Below, piece after piece: positions 53,931 through 64,000 of a stretch of DNA of 64,000 nt. The stretch lies in contig NC_043001.1 in NCBI RefSeq assembly GCF_006345805.1, positions 119,722,001 to 119,786,000 of the forward strand, in the 5' to 3' direction. A program made the translations under genes and the position numbers. The stretch's first letter is position 1. Each line of letters begins with the position of its first letter. The DNA is from Octopus sinensis (lineage: Eukaryota). The notes beneath the pieces were generated by a model, which worked only from the letters and a program-made list of their open reading frames with translations, was not told where the DNA came from and searched no databases.

Positions 53931-54090
53931 CAAGGCTACCATTGGTTTCACATCAAGAATTCTCAGCAATTATCAAGCCTGCCACAGGGATTGTATATTC
54001 GTCCAAGATGGCGACAAGTGTCAATATCCCATATGGCAGTCTTGATTACTGCTGAGAATCTTTTACTGCATGAAACTAATGGTAGCGTTG
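53931..54090. mobile_element. Foldback MITE / long imperfect palindrome
   Basis: ctaccattggtttca pairs with tgaaactaatggtag; attctcagcaattatcaagcctgcca pairs with tggcagtcttgattactgctgagaat. Confidence 0.75.
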
Positions 54091-54161
54091 TAAACACACC
54101 AATAAAGAATATTCACCAAAGGCACTATAGAGCACTCATTCTCACTGTTTGACATTAGTAA

Positions 54162-54192
<31 letters not shown>

Positions 54193-54210
54193 TGTATGCA
54201 TGAATGTATG

Positions 54211-54258
<48 letters not shown>

Positions 54259-54262
54259 CATA

Positions 54263-54300
<38 letters not shown>

Positions 54301-54525
54301 GTTGTATTTCGGGATGGTCATTTTTTTTGCCAAATAAATACACAAGCAGAACAAGAGCACACATAAAGATGGAAAGAGTCACTGAGGAGGTCACAAATGT
54401 GTGATGAAAGATTTGTGAATAATGGACATGAGTTAGAATAAGAAGAGTAATAAACAAAGAAAGAATGAATATATAGTGCATGTGTTTATTTGGCAAAAAC
54501 AAAAATGACCATCCCAAAATACAAC
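54301..54525. mobile_element. MITE with ~43-bp TIRs
   Basis: gttgtatttcgggatggtcattttttttgccaaataaatacac ... gtgtttatttggcaaaaacaaaaatgaccatcccaaaatacaac. Confidence 0.85.
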
Positions 54526-54628
54526 ATCTGTTTCAACACATGACTTCACATTAGGAACCTTGCAACACATATAAAATTAACATGAACAGCAGGCTGCAAT
54601 GTTTCATAAAAAAAGGAGAATTATTAAT

Positions 54629-54775
54629 TGTCACTAAATGTGACTAAGGTGTTAAAAAACACCTATATTATAAGATCTAAAATGTTCATGTCCGTTAACT
54701 ACAGCACTATGGCATTTTTGTTCTTATTTCTAGCAATGCAGGTGTGTTTTAACACCCTAGTCACATTTAGTGACC
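54629..54775. mobile_element. MITE with ~35-bp TIRs
   Basis: gtcactaaatgtgactaaggtgttaaaa ... ttttaacaccctagtcacatttagtgac; its internal segment recurs at ~55000-55055. Confidence 0.8.
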
Positions 54776-55409
54776 ATTATAATATGCTGTTCATATTAAT
54801 TCTCTGTATACACATTGGTGAATCGCTAAATCATCCATTAATTTGGATGATGAAAACATATATACTCATAGAGAAACCAGTCCGGAAATGGCTGAACGCT
54901 GAGCTGGCTTAATTGATGGTGGCAATGGAAATTGCTGAAACTGATGTCAGTCTTAAGAATCCTTGATCAGCATTTTTTGGACAATTATGGTCCCTGTAAT
55001 GCGTTAACTACAGCATTAGAGCATTTTAGCTCTTATTTCTAGCAATGTAGTTGTCTTTTGACATACATACACAGATCCACACTCTCTCGCATGCACACTT
55101 ACATACATACACAAATACATGCACCCATTCCCATACATACATAAATACATACAAACATATACATAAGTATATATAAATGTTTGCCTTTGTGAATGCATTC
55201 ATATATGTGTATACATTTATACACATGCAGCGATTTCACTAAGGAAGCTTCTCGGAAAGCTGGCATGAAACTTTTGGTTTTATGATCTATAGTTACACTA
55301 AAACTATATCAAGCATCAAACTGGCTGCCACTTCCTCATTCCAAAGATTCAACTCTCCCCATGAAAATATAGGATCAAATACTACAACAGCTTAGGGCTA
55401 AAGGCTCAC

Positions 55410-55562
55410 ATCTTTTCAATAGCTCATCAAAAGAACATGAGAAGTCTGCCTCAAGTCTACTTAGATGTGTAGAGGAAACCCCTTTTACCTGTGGTCCAAG
55501 ATGAGCCATGATTTCAGTATAAAGCACAAATAAAGGCAACTGTATGATACTCCTTTTTTCAC
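55410..55562 (-). CDS. Candidate internal exon (153 nt, phase 1-1; alternative donor at 55489)
   Basis: gttgttgttttAG | EKRSIIQLPLFVLYTEIMAHLGPQVKGVSSTHLSRLEADFSCSFDELLKR | GTgagc; unrecognised protein. Confidence 0.3.
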
Positions 55563-56226
55563 CTAAAACAACAACTACAGAAAGAGGGCTGTAGAAACAG
55601 TAGCAACAGATGTGGATATCAAGGCCACAACTCCTGTACACACATACACACCCTTATACTCACACATACATGCAGACACAGACATACACATCCATAGAGC
55701 AAGGCAGACAGAGGTCTTCATCGTTGTCGTCATCATCGTTGTCGTCATCATCATCATCATTATTATCATCATCATCATTTGATGTCTGTATTCTATGCTG
55801 GCATGGCTTAAACAGCTCAACAGAATCCAATAAGCAAGAGGACTGCTTTGGCAAGGTTTCTATAGCTGGATACCCTTTCTAATGCTGACCACTTAACATA
55901 GTGTACCAGGTGCTTTCTTGTGGCACCAGCGCCAGTGAGGTTACCAAGTGACTTGCAACACAAGACTCTTTAATGCAGTAGGAGTGCAGGATTGAGAAAG
56001 ATGGCTTTGTGCCAGGTGTTGAGAAGCTGAAGCATAATAAATGTAGAGAGACAGATGTCATGGCTACATCAGCAGGAAATGAAGAAAGGAAGGTGAAAAT
56101 GAGGTGCCAGGGCAGACCCTCAAGCCACCAGAACGTGGATAAAGAGAGAGTAAGGAAAGAGAATTCAGGATGACTAGATAAGTTGGTTGGTGGGTTAGCA
56201 AGAAGGCAGGTTTACATGATATAAAT

Positions 56227-56620
56227 AGGTGCAGGCATGGCTATGTGGTAAGGAGCTTGCTTCCCAACCACATGATTCTGGGTTCAGCCCCACTGTGTGA
56301 CACCTTGGGTATATGTCTTCTATTATAGTCTCAGGCCAATCAAAGCTTTGTGAGTAGATTTGGTTGACAGAAACTGAAAGAAGCCCATCATATATGTGTA
56401 TGTGTGTGTCTGTGTCTTTATATATGTTTTGTCCCCCACCATCCCTTGATAACTGGCGTTGTTATGTTTACATCCCCATAACCTAGCAGTTCAGCAAGAG
56501 ACCGATAGAATAAGTACCAGGTTTAGCAAAAACAAAAGTACTGGGGTCGATTCATTTGACTAAATATTCTTCAAGACGGTGCCCCAGCATGGCCGCAGTC
56601 TCATGATTGAAACAAGTAAA

Positions 56621-56622
<2 letters not shown>
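56227..56622 (+). mobile_element. Family A SINE (near full length)
   Basis: Head gcaggcatggctatgtggtaaggagcttgcttcccaaccacatg... through the tail. Confidence 0.9.
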
Positions 56623-56654
<32 letters not shown>

Positions 56655-56878
56655 GTAATCTATGTGATGTGTGAGTATGGTATAATATGTTTGCAAGTGA
56701 GAAATTTATATCCAATAACACAGCAGCTATGCTATCCTTGTGACATACCAAGTTAAAGAAAGAAACTTCCCTTTAGCAGTAATTAGACATGGCTGGCTAG
56801 ATGGATGGTTGGATAGATGGATGGATGGATGGATAGATGGTGGGATCGCTGGTTGTACTATCTGGTTGGCTATCTGGT

Positions 56879-56913
<35 letters not shown>

Positions 56914-57239
56914 TACTGCTATTTTATTCACAAGCATTTCTTACATCCTGTATCATATTCTTTGCAAATTCACATTCGAAATGCATTCTTTGTACAGATT
57001 GTGTAACATTTATGTATATGTGTGTTATTTGTTTCTTTCCCTTTTGTTTTCGTATTTTGTTTTTTTTGTTTGCCTGTTTTTCATAATGAATTTACCGTTT
57101 TCTGTAATTTTTTTTCCTGTAAATGTTTCATATAATTAATTTTACATTTAAAAAATATTTAATCAGTTTCATTAACAGTCTTTTGCAATTACATTCATAT
57201 ATAATCAATAACATATACGATACTAGATCAACAAAATTG

Positions 57240-57480
57240 TCTCATCATCATCATCATCTGAATGTGAGTTCTCACCTATTTCATCTTACAACAAATGCTA
57301 TAACAATAGCCATCATTACCATTATCACCAGCGACCCCGCCACCGCCATCATCGTCGTTGTCATCGTTATCATCATATTTATATTCACCATTGTCATTGA
57401 CATTGTTGTTGTCATCGTCGTCATCATCATCGTCGTCATCGCCATTGTCATCATCATCATCGTCATCATCATCATCGAAT
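57240..57480. repeat. Degenerate (CAT/CGT)n trinucleotide repeat
   Basis: Direct observation; the poly-D/M/I ORFs are artefacts. Similar tracts at 57930-58180 and 59100-59185. Confidence 0.9.
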
Positions 57481-57711
57481 TGTGAGTAATGTTTCATTAA
57501 TGCAATCACAATTATTTTCATAGTTTACAGTTGGTTCGATGGTATTTTTATTTGCTGTTGGTTTTGTTATTGTTGCCAAGAAACTTTGAACAGCGCATAA
57601 AATAACATAGTAGCCTTCATGTGGCATTCCTATCTTTAGCCACATGGTCTCTATTTCGGGGCATGCTAACCAGAAATTTAGCATTTAAAACATATGATTG
57701 CCATTTTACAG

Positions 57712-57732
57712 ATGTGAAAGATGTTTGATGAG
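57712..57732 (+). CDS. Candidate 21-nt microexon encoding CERCLM
   Basis: ttgccattttacAG | A TGT GAA AGA TGT TTG ATG AG | GTgagc; only one frame is open. Confidence 0.2.
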
Positions 57733-59877
57733 GTGAGCTTTTAGCAACAAGATTTATTAGGTTTTGCAACCTCATAGAAGCTCTCTTCTTACATCAGATT
57801 GTTTGATGTGACAATTATATTGATAGTTGCTACTCCAAAACTATGTTCATTTATTTAGAATAGACATTAGCTATAATTGCTAGAAATCAATAGCACAGTA
57901 TGTCATTCTTAATGAAGATTATTCTTGATTATGATGGTGGTGGTGGTGGTGGTGGTAAAGACAATAACAGTGTTGATGATGATAATGGTCATAATGATGA
58001 TGATGATGGTGGGAATGTGGTTTGATGATGATACAGTGACAGTGATTGATCTGATAGGGATGACAATGTAATTATAGCCAAAGTGACAATAATATTAATG
58101 ACAATGTTGCTAATCACCATCATCATTGTCATCATCCTTATCATGATCATCATCACCATGGTCATCATCATCATCAACATCATTTAATGTCCATGTTCCA
58201 TGCTGGCATGGGTTGGACGATTTGATAGGCTCTAACAGGTCTGAGGACTGCACCAGGCTCCATTCATCTATTTTGGCATGGTTTCTATGGCTGGATGTCC
58301 TTCCTAATGCCAACCACTTTATAGTGTATATTGGATGCTTTTATGTGAGACCAGCACTAATGCAGTCACTATGTAGTTTGCAAGATTAGGAACCTCTTTG
58401 ACTGAGTGGGGGGGGTTACAGAAGAGAAGAGGTGGGGGAGTGACTTTATGCAATGGGATGAGAGGGTAAAGTGAGAGAGAAAGGACCAAAACAGAGCAAG
58501 TTTCTTGCTGTGGAGTCACATGGTTACTCACATTATAGAACAGAAGGTGGGAGTGGCCAAGATGGAGCTGGGAAAATATAAAATAATGGTGATTTGGTGG
58601 CAGGCTGGACCCTTAAGATAGTAGGGGATCGGAAGTGAATGGGGACAGGGAAACAGAAAGTGTGGGTGGGTAGAGATTGCAAGTGATATGAGAGAGTGAG
58701 AGATGGTTAGAGATAGAAAATGGTTGAGGCAGTAAATATAATGAAGAACTAATTTTGGAGGATGATAAGTAGAGGAAATAGGAAAGGGGGAAGAGTAGGG
58801 GACAACTGCAGAGATTGAGTAGGGCTGAGGGATGACTAATGATATTTGGGCTGGGGTTGGGAATAGGGAAAAGGGTATGAATAACAATGCAGAAAAGGGG
58901 GTGAGGTGGAGAGGTGATGACCATTCATAAATTATCACACCCTGCCGTGACAATGTGTGGTAACATGTCAATACGCACATTTTGCACATGTAAGATATGC
59001 ACATGTAAGCTTTATACATGCACACGTTTGCATGTGTATTTGAAATCAATAATGCTCTGCCTAAATCAAAAGAAAGTATGTATTACATACCAAAAGAAGG
59101 ATGATGAAAATGATGATGATGATGGTGATGGTGGTGGTGGTGGTGGTGGTGGTGGTGGTGGTGTTGATGATGATGATGATGATGCAGCATTCTAACATTG
59201 GCACAATAAATGTTAATATCTGCATAATTTATAAACATATTCCCCTAAATCTATAAAATAACATTGAATCTGCTCTTTCATTGTACAAAACAAACAAATA
59301 ATATAAACCAGGAAAAAAGAAATTGAAATACCATTTAGATATATATGTGAAACTAATGTTATGTTTCTGTATGGTTTTCTGTGTAAGTCAGGGTCATTCT
59401 AGCAGCATTATAAGTTCCTGGGCAAATCAGGGAACTGAGCCCTATAGTATTTACCTATTGGTTTCATATTTTGGCACAAGGCCAGCAGTTTCAGGGAAGG
59501 GGGCTAATTTGATTTCATTAACTCCAGTGCTCAAGTGGTGCTTATTTTACTGACCCCTAAACGATGAAAGTCAAAATCAACCTTGGTGATATTTGACCCC
59601 AGAATGTAAAGACAGATGAAATACTTTTAAGCATTTTGCCCAGCATGCTAATGATTTACCTTATAGTATTTACTTGTTGACAGCAAGCCACAGCATATAT
59701 AGATTTGAATTGGGTCCGTAAACCCATGGGACCCCAGAACAACTGCCTAGTGTTCCCATGCCTAAAGAATACACTAGTATGAATATGTGTTTAGTGCTTC
59801 AGGATGGTCCTATAAATTCTAACTTTGGTAATACCTGAGTAAATGTTTGCCTATGAAATGATAAATAAAATGATGCT

Positions 59878-60107
59878 TTAACCCTTTCAATACCAACCCG
59901 GCTGAAACTGGCTCTGGCTCTGAGTACAAATGTCTTTTGTTTTCATAAGTTTTGAATTAAAATCTCCCTCCAAACCTTAGTCACAATTTATGTTCCTAAC
60001 ACTAGCTGAATGATAACTAAGTTATTTTACTAAATTCTTTGTTATATTTAAAGTAATTGAAAGAAACACAGAACATCTCAAAATAAATACAGTAACGAAA
60101 GGGTTAA
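59878..60107. mobile_element. MITE with TTAA target site and CCCT...AGGG ends (piggyBac-like)
   Basis: ttaa ccctttcaatacc ... agtaacgaaaggg ttaa. Confidence 0.8.
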
Positions 60108-60255
60108 TGTTTCTTGCCATAGGTGTCTAAAGTAGAGCATGTTACTGATAGATTTAGAATCTGAAACACATGGTGCTTCTTCTTTAGTATAGTGAGTTTG
60201 TTATAACAGATTTGTCTGCTATAGGGAGTAGATCAGGAAACTATATAAGGACTTC

Positions 60256-60314
<59 letters not shown>

Positions 60315-60428
60315 ATTGTGTCTGTATTTGTATTTGTCTGTCCCACTCCCATTGTTTGACAACTGGTGTTAGTGTGTTTCCATCCCTGCAACTTAACAGT
60401 TCAGCAAAAGGGAGTGTTAGAATAAGTA

Positions 60429-60738
60429 AAAAAAAAACCATAAACGTCACCCTTTTCAAGCCTAGCCAGGCTCATGGGCCCAGTTTCCCGGTTTCTGTGG
60501 TGTATGTGTTCCCCCCATCTGGACAGGATGCCAGTCCATCGCAGCGTTACTCAAGAAACAGGAAGAGAGAGTGAGAGAAAGTTGTAGCAAAAGAGTACAA
60601 CAGGGGTCACCACCACCCCCTGCTGGAGCCTCATGGAGCTTTTAGGTGTTTTTGCTCAATAAATGCACACAATGCCTGGTCTGGGAATCGAAACCGCGAT
60701 CCTCTGACCGCGAGTCCGCTACCCTAACCACTGGGCCA
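60429..60738 (-). mobile_element. tRNA-head SINE (family E) inserted in a family A SINE, with a 14-bp target-site duplication
   Basis: Head atggcccagtggttagggtagcggactcgcggtcagaggatcgcggtttcgattccc. Duplication tgttagaataagta at 60415-60428 and 60739-60752. Confidence 0.85.
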
Positions 60739-61314
60739 TGTTAGAATAAGTACCAAGCCTTAAAAAGGAGTACTGGGGTTGATTCATTTGACTACACAAA
60801 AATATTTCAAGCAGTGCTCCAGCATGATGACAGTCAAGTAAAAGATAAAAGATACAAGACCAGAGAAGTGATGCACTGGTTTCAGAGAAAACTTTGAAAC
60901 TTTGTCCTTGAGCGATGATCAGCCAAGTAGTTCTTTTGTCTTACAGGAAGATTTAAGTGCTGTATTGCAAGCTCATGAATTATGCATTGTCTTTCTTTCA
61001 CTAATAATGGTATCAGTACTTTCTTGTGGTACCAAATTATAACTAGATAAAGTGTGCTATTGATAGCTAAGTCTCTTTCCCAAGAAGAGAGAGAGAGAGG
61101 GCAGCACTGTAAATGGAATTGAACCTTATAATCTTTCAACCAGCAGTCTGGCACTCTGTCAACATGTCCAGCAGAATCTCTCACTTGAGCTGCTTTATAT
61201 ATTAACAATAGTAATGTTTCATGTATCTGAATATATAGGTGTGCATACACACACCACACACACACACACACAACACACACATATATGTGTATATGTGTGT
61301 GTGTGTGTGTGTGT

Positions 61315-61361
<47 letters not shown>

Positions 61362-61413
61362 TATATGTATGAATGTGTGTTTGTATGAATAAATGCATGT
61401 GTGTGTGTGTGTA

Positions 61414-62237
61414 TACAGTGAATGAATTGTCACCTGAATTACGCAGAAAAGAAAATAACACTGACATCTCATGTTAACAGGTATATTTACCAAAATTACA
61501 TAAAAATATCTTGAAATACTAAAGAGCAAATTTATTCAATAAAATCACCATTGGCTTCAATCATGGCCTCCAGATGACTTGGGAATCTCCTGCAACTCTT
61601 CTGGACGGTCTCTTTGTTTAAGTTGGTGAATGCTGCCACAAGCCTTGCCTTCAAGACATTTTGGTGTTACTAGGAATTTTGTTAGTCTCTCACTCAACTG
61701 CACCCCACACATAATAATCAAGAGGGTTGCAGTCTGGGGAGTTAGTTGGCTAAATATTAGGGGTGATGTGGTCACAGAAATTTTCTGACAGCCGTGACTG
61801 GGTTCTCCTGCTTGTGTACAGAGTCCTGTTGCCAGACAGTCTTCTAGAAGCCACCCTCTTGACCCAGGGTAGAACTACCTCCTCCAGGCACTTAATGTAA
61901 GCATCTGTGTTGAATCTGAGGCTGTGTGGGAAGATGAATGGAGGCATAGCGTTGCCATCACTAGCGATCACCCCAAATACCATGCTGGATGTTTGATTGT
62001 TATCACACTCAGTACATGTTTTGGGGACTCGGATTGATACCCATCACTCTGAAATGTCCGTATTGGAGCTTCCAGTGTGAATGCCAAGCAGTACATTAGT
62101 AATTTCTCACAGAAATGACGTTTTTCTCACAGAGGCTACTCAACTGACCATACTGTGTAGTCAACAAAATCAAGAACAATGTGTGTGTGAAAAATTAAAA
62201 ATATGAAATGGCAACAATTTACCCATTGCACCCTGTA
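61414..62237 (-). mobile_element. Internally deleted maT/DD37D-type Tc1/mariner transposon (transposase pseudogene)
   Basis: MVFGVIASDGNAMPPFIFPHSLRFNTDAYIKCLEEVVLPWVKRV..VWQQDS..NSPDCNPLDYYVWGAVE; terminal tacagggtg at 62237. Confidence 0.88.
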
Positions 62238-62764
62238 TATATATGTGTGTATGTATGTATGTGTGTGTGTGTGTGTGTGTATGTATATATTGTGAAGCAT
62301 ATATAAATAATTATTGCAAATCCCATACAATTGTTGCTAATAACAACATAAAATTTTGATTTTATTCCAATTAATACCACTCCTTTTGCCATGCAGTATA
62401 ATCATTTTCAAAAAAGTAAAATGTTTTTGATATGACATCATTAATTTATGATACTATATCATGTTTTTACCATGTCATATAGTCTTTTTCCCCGTATGGT
62501 AATATCACTTTTCCAAGGGGTATTGTTATTTCCACTTAGTACCATCCTTTACTTAATGATATCCATTCTTTTAGGGTTCCTTCTTTAAAATACGATATTA
62601 AATTAGTACAAGGTGAAAAGAGGGAAAAGGTCCTGTGATTACACCTAGAAAATTCCCTTCTGAGGCACAAGTCTGGGCAAGTTTGTTTTATGGAAGACCA
62701 GCAGTTACCTATGCATACCAACCTCTCCTCTCTGTGTTACTGATGTCATCTAAGGAAAAGAAGG

Positions 62765-63690
62765 GTGTGTGATAGGGTGGGTGGTGAAATAAGTGAGTGG
62801 TTTGATGTGAAGGTGGGGTTAAGACAGGGTTGTGTGATGTCTCCGTGGCTGTTTGAGTCATATTTGGATGGTGTGGTGAGAAAGGTAAATGCTAGAACCC
62901 TTGGTAGGGGAGCTCAAATGGTGGGAGAAAACGGAGAGAAATGGCAGGTGAGTTGGTTGTCGTTTGCTGATGATTCAGCATTGGGGGTAGATTCGGAAGA
63001 ACAACTGGTAGGGTTTGGAAGAGTGGGTGAGGGGAGGAAACTGAAAGTGAAAGTAGCTAAGAATAAGGGGATGAGATACTCGAGAGATGGAAGGGCTGGG
63101 GATGGGGATGGATGTGAGCATAAATGGTGAGATGTTAGAGAAGGATGGATGGGGGTTTGCTGAGGAGGCGGGATACAGAGTAAGGGAGGAGAGTAAGATA
63201 CTTAGAGTTGTCAATTTATATATACTGAGAGATAAACGGTTGAGTATGAAAGTGAAAAGAGGTGTGTATGAGGGCGTGATTGTACGGACAATGTTATATG
63301 GTGCAGAGACGTGGGGGATGAGAGAGGAGGAAAGGAGGCAACTGGATGTGTTTGAGATGAGATGACTGACGGCTATGGTTGGTGAGACACGGATGGACAG
63401 GATGAGGAATGAGGTGGTGCAAAAGCAAGCAGGAATGAAAGAAAAACTAACAACCAAAGTGGATAGACGAATGTTGAGGTGGTTTGGCCACATGGAGAGG
63501 ATGGATGAGGAGCAGATGGTAAGGAGGCTGATGAAGGCAGAAGTGGTGGGCAGCGGAACCATAGGCAGACCTTGGTTTGTGTGGATGGATGGATGGATGG
63601 AGGAAAGCTTTGGTGGTCAGAGGTGTTGGAGTGAGGGAGGCAAGAGAGTTTATAAATGATAGGAAAGCTTGGAGATTGTTTGTGGATGGA
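62765..63690 (+). mobile_element. Degenerate RTE-clade LINE (RT core to C-terminus)
   Basis: WFDVKVGLRQGCVMSPWLF; SFADDSAL; YEGVIVRTMLYGAETWG; LRWFGHMERM; GRP. Confidence 0.92.
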
Positions 63691-64000
63691 TGAGTGAATT
63701 TTGATGTTGCTGAAAGAGGTACAAAACTAACATAATGCAGCAGGGGTAAACCAGCATATACTGTCGGGCCCCGCAGCTGATATTGGGGTTGTATTCTATG
63801 CCTTGACCCAAGCATAAAATTGGGCTTGCCCCTTTGCACTGGAAAATGAATGGAATGCCTAGTGTGTATCTTGCTGTGACTACTCCCTGTTCTTTACCAT
63901 CCAGCATCATTGTTCTTTTGCTATTCTATATTGACTGTCTTCAATGTGGTATCATTCTTGACTTCACATGTTATTTTTCATGCTTGACAAATATACAATT

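Noticed and set aside
58530-58960. Purine-rich stretch with an FPISSTYHP frame on the minus strand (also pyrimidine-rich 36700-37360)
   Set aside because: Possibly very old Penelope ORF remnants, but the similarity is too weak to support by eye.
60680-60738. tRNA-like A/B boxes (also heads of families A, B and D)
   Set aside because: These are SINE heads continuous with SINE bodies; no complete cloverleaf, so they are not called as tRNA genes.

Overview
AT-rich eukaryotic DNA dense in microsatellites ((TA)n, (CA)n, (TACA)n, (AAT)n, (GAT)n). The SINE and LINE repertoire matches my recollection of Octopus (coleoid cephalopod) genomes; this attribution is inference. Almost all ORFs in the supplied track are microsatellite or antisense artefacts. 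No intact gene, tRNA, rRNA or CRISPR array is recognisable, and there is a 100-N scaffold gap at 6309-6408. The window is mostly decayed mobile elements: tRNA-head SINEs (several families, some nested), RTE, Tx1/L1, Hero-like and R4/Dong-like LINE remnants, mariner and maT transposase remnants, and several MITE families. It also holds a ~1.63-kb tandem duplication (13.9-17.2 kb) and a few unidentified candidate exons. The strongest non-obvious signal is a set of type I hammerhead ribozyme folds in short Penelope-like repeats sitting in (TA)n tracts. Three look near-intact (12072-12130 +, 22161-22205 -, 26179-26269 +) and three are degenerate. Each has a different sequence, two convergent pairs face each other across (TA)n, and two inverted-repeat breakpoints fall inside the ribozyme region.
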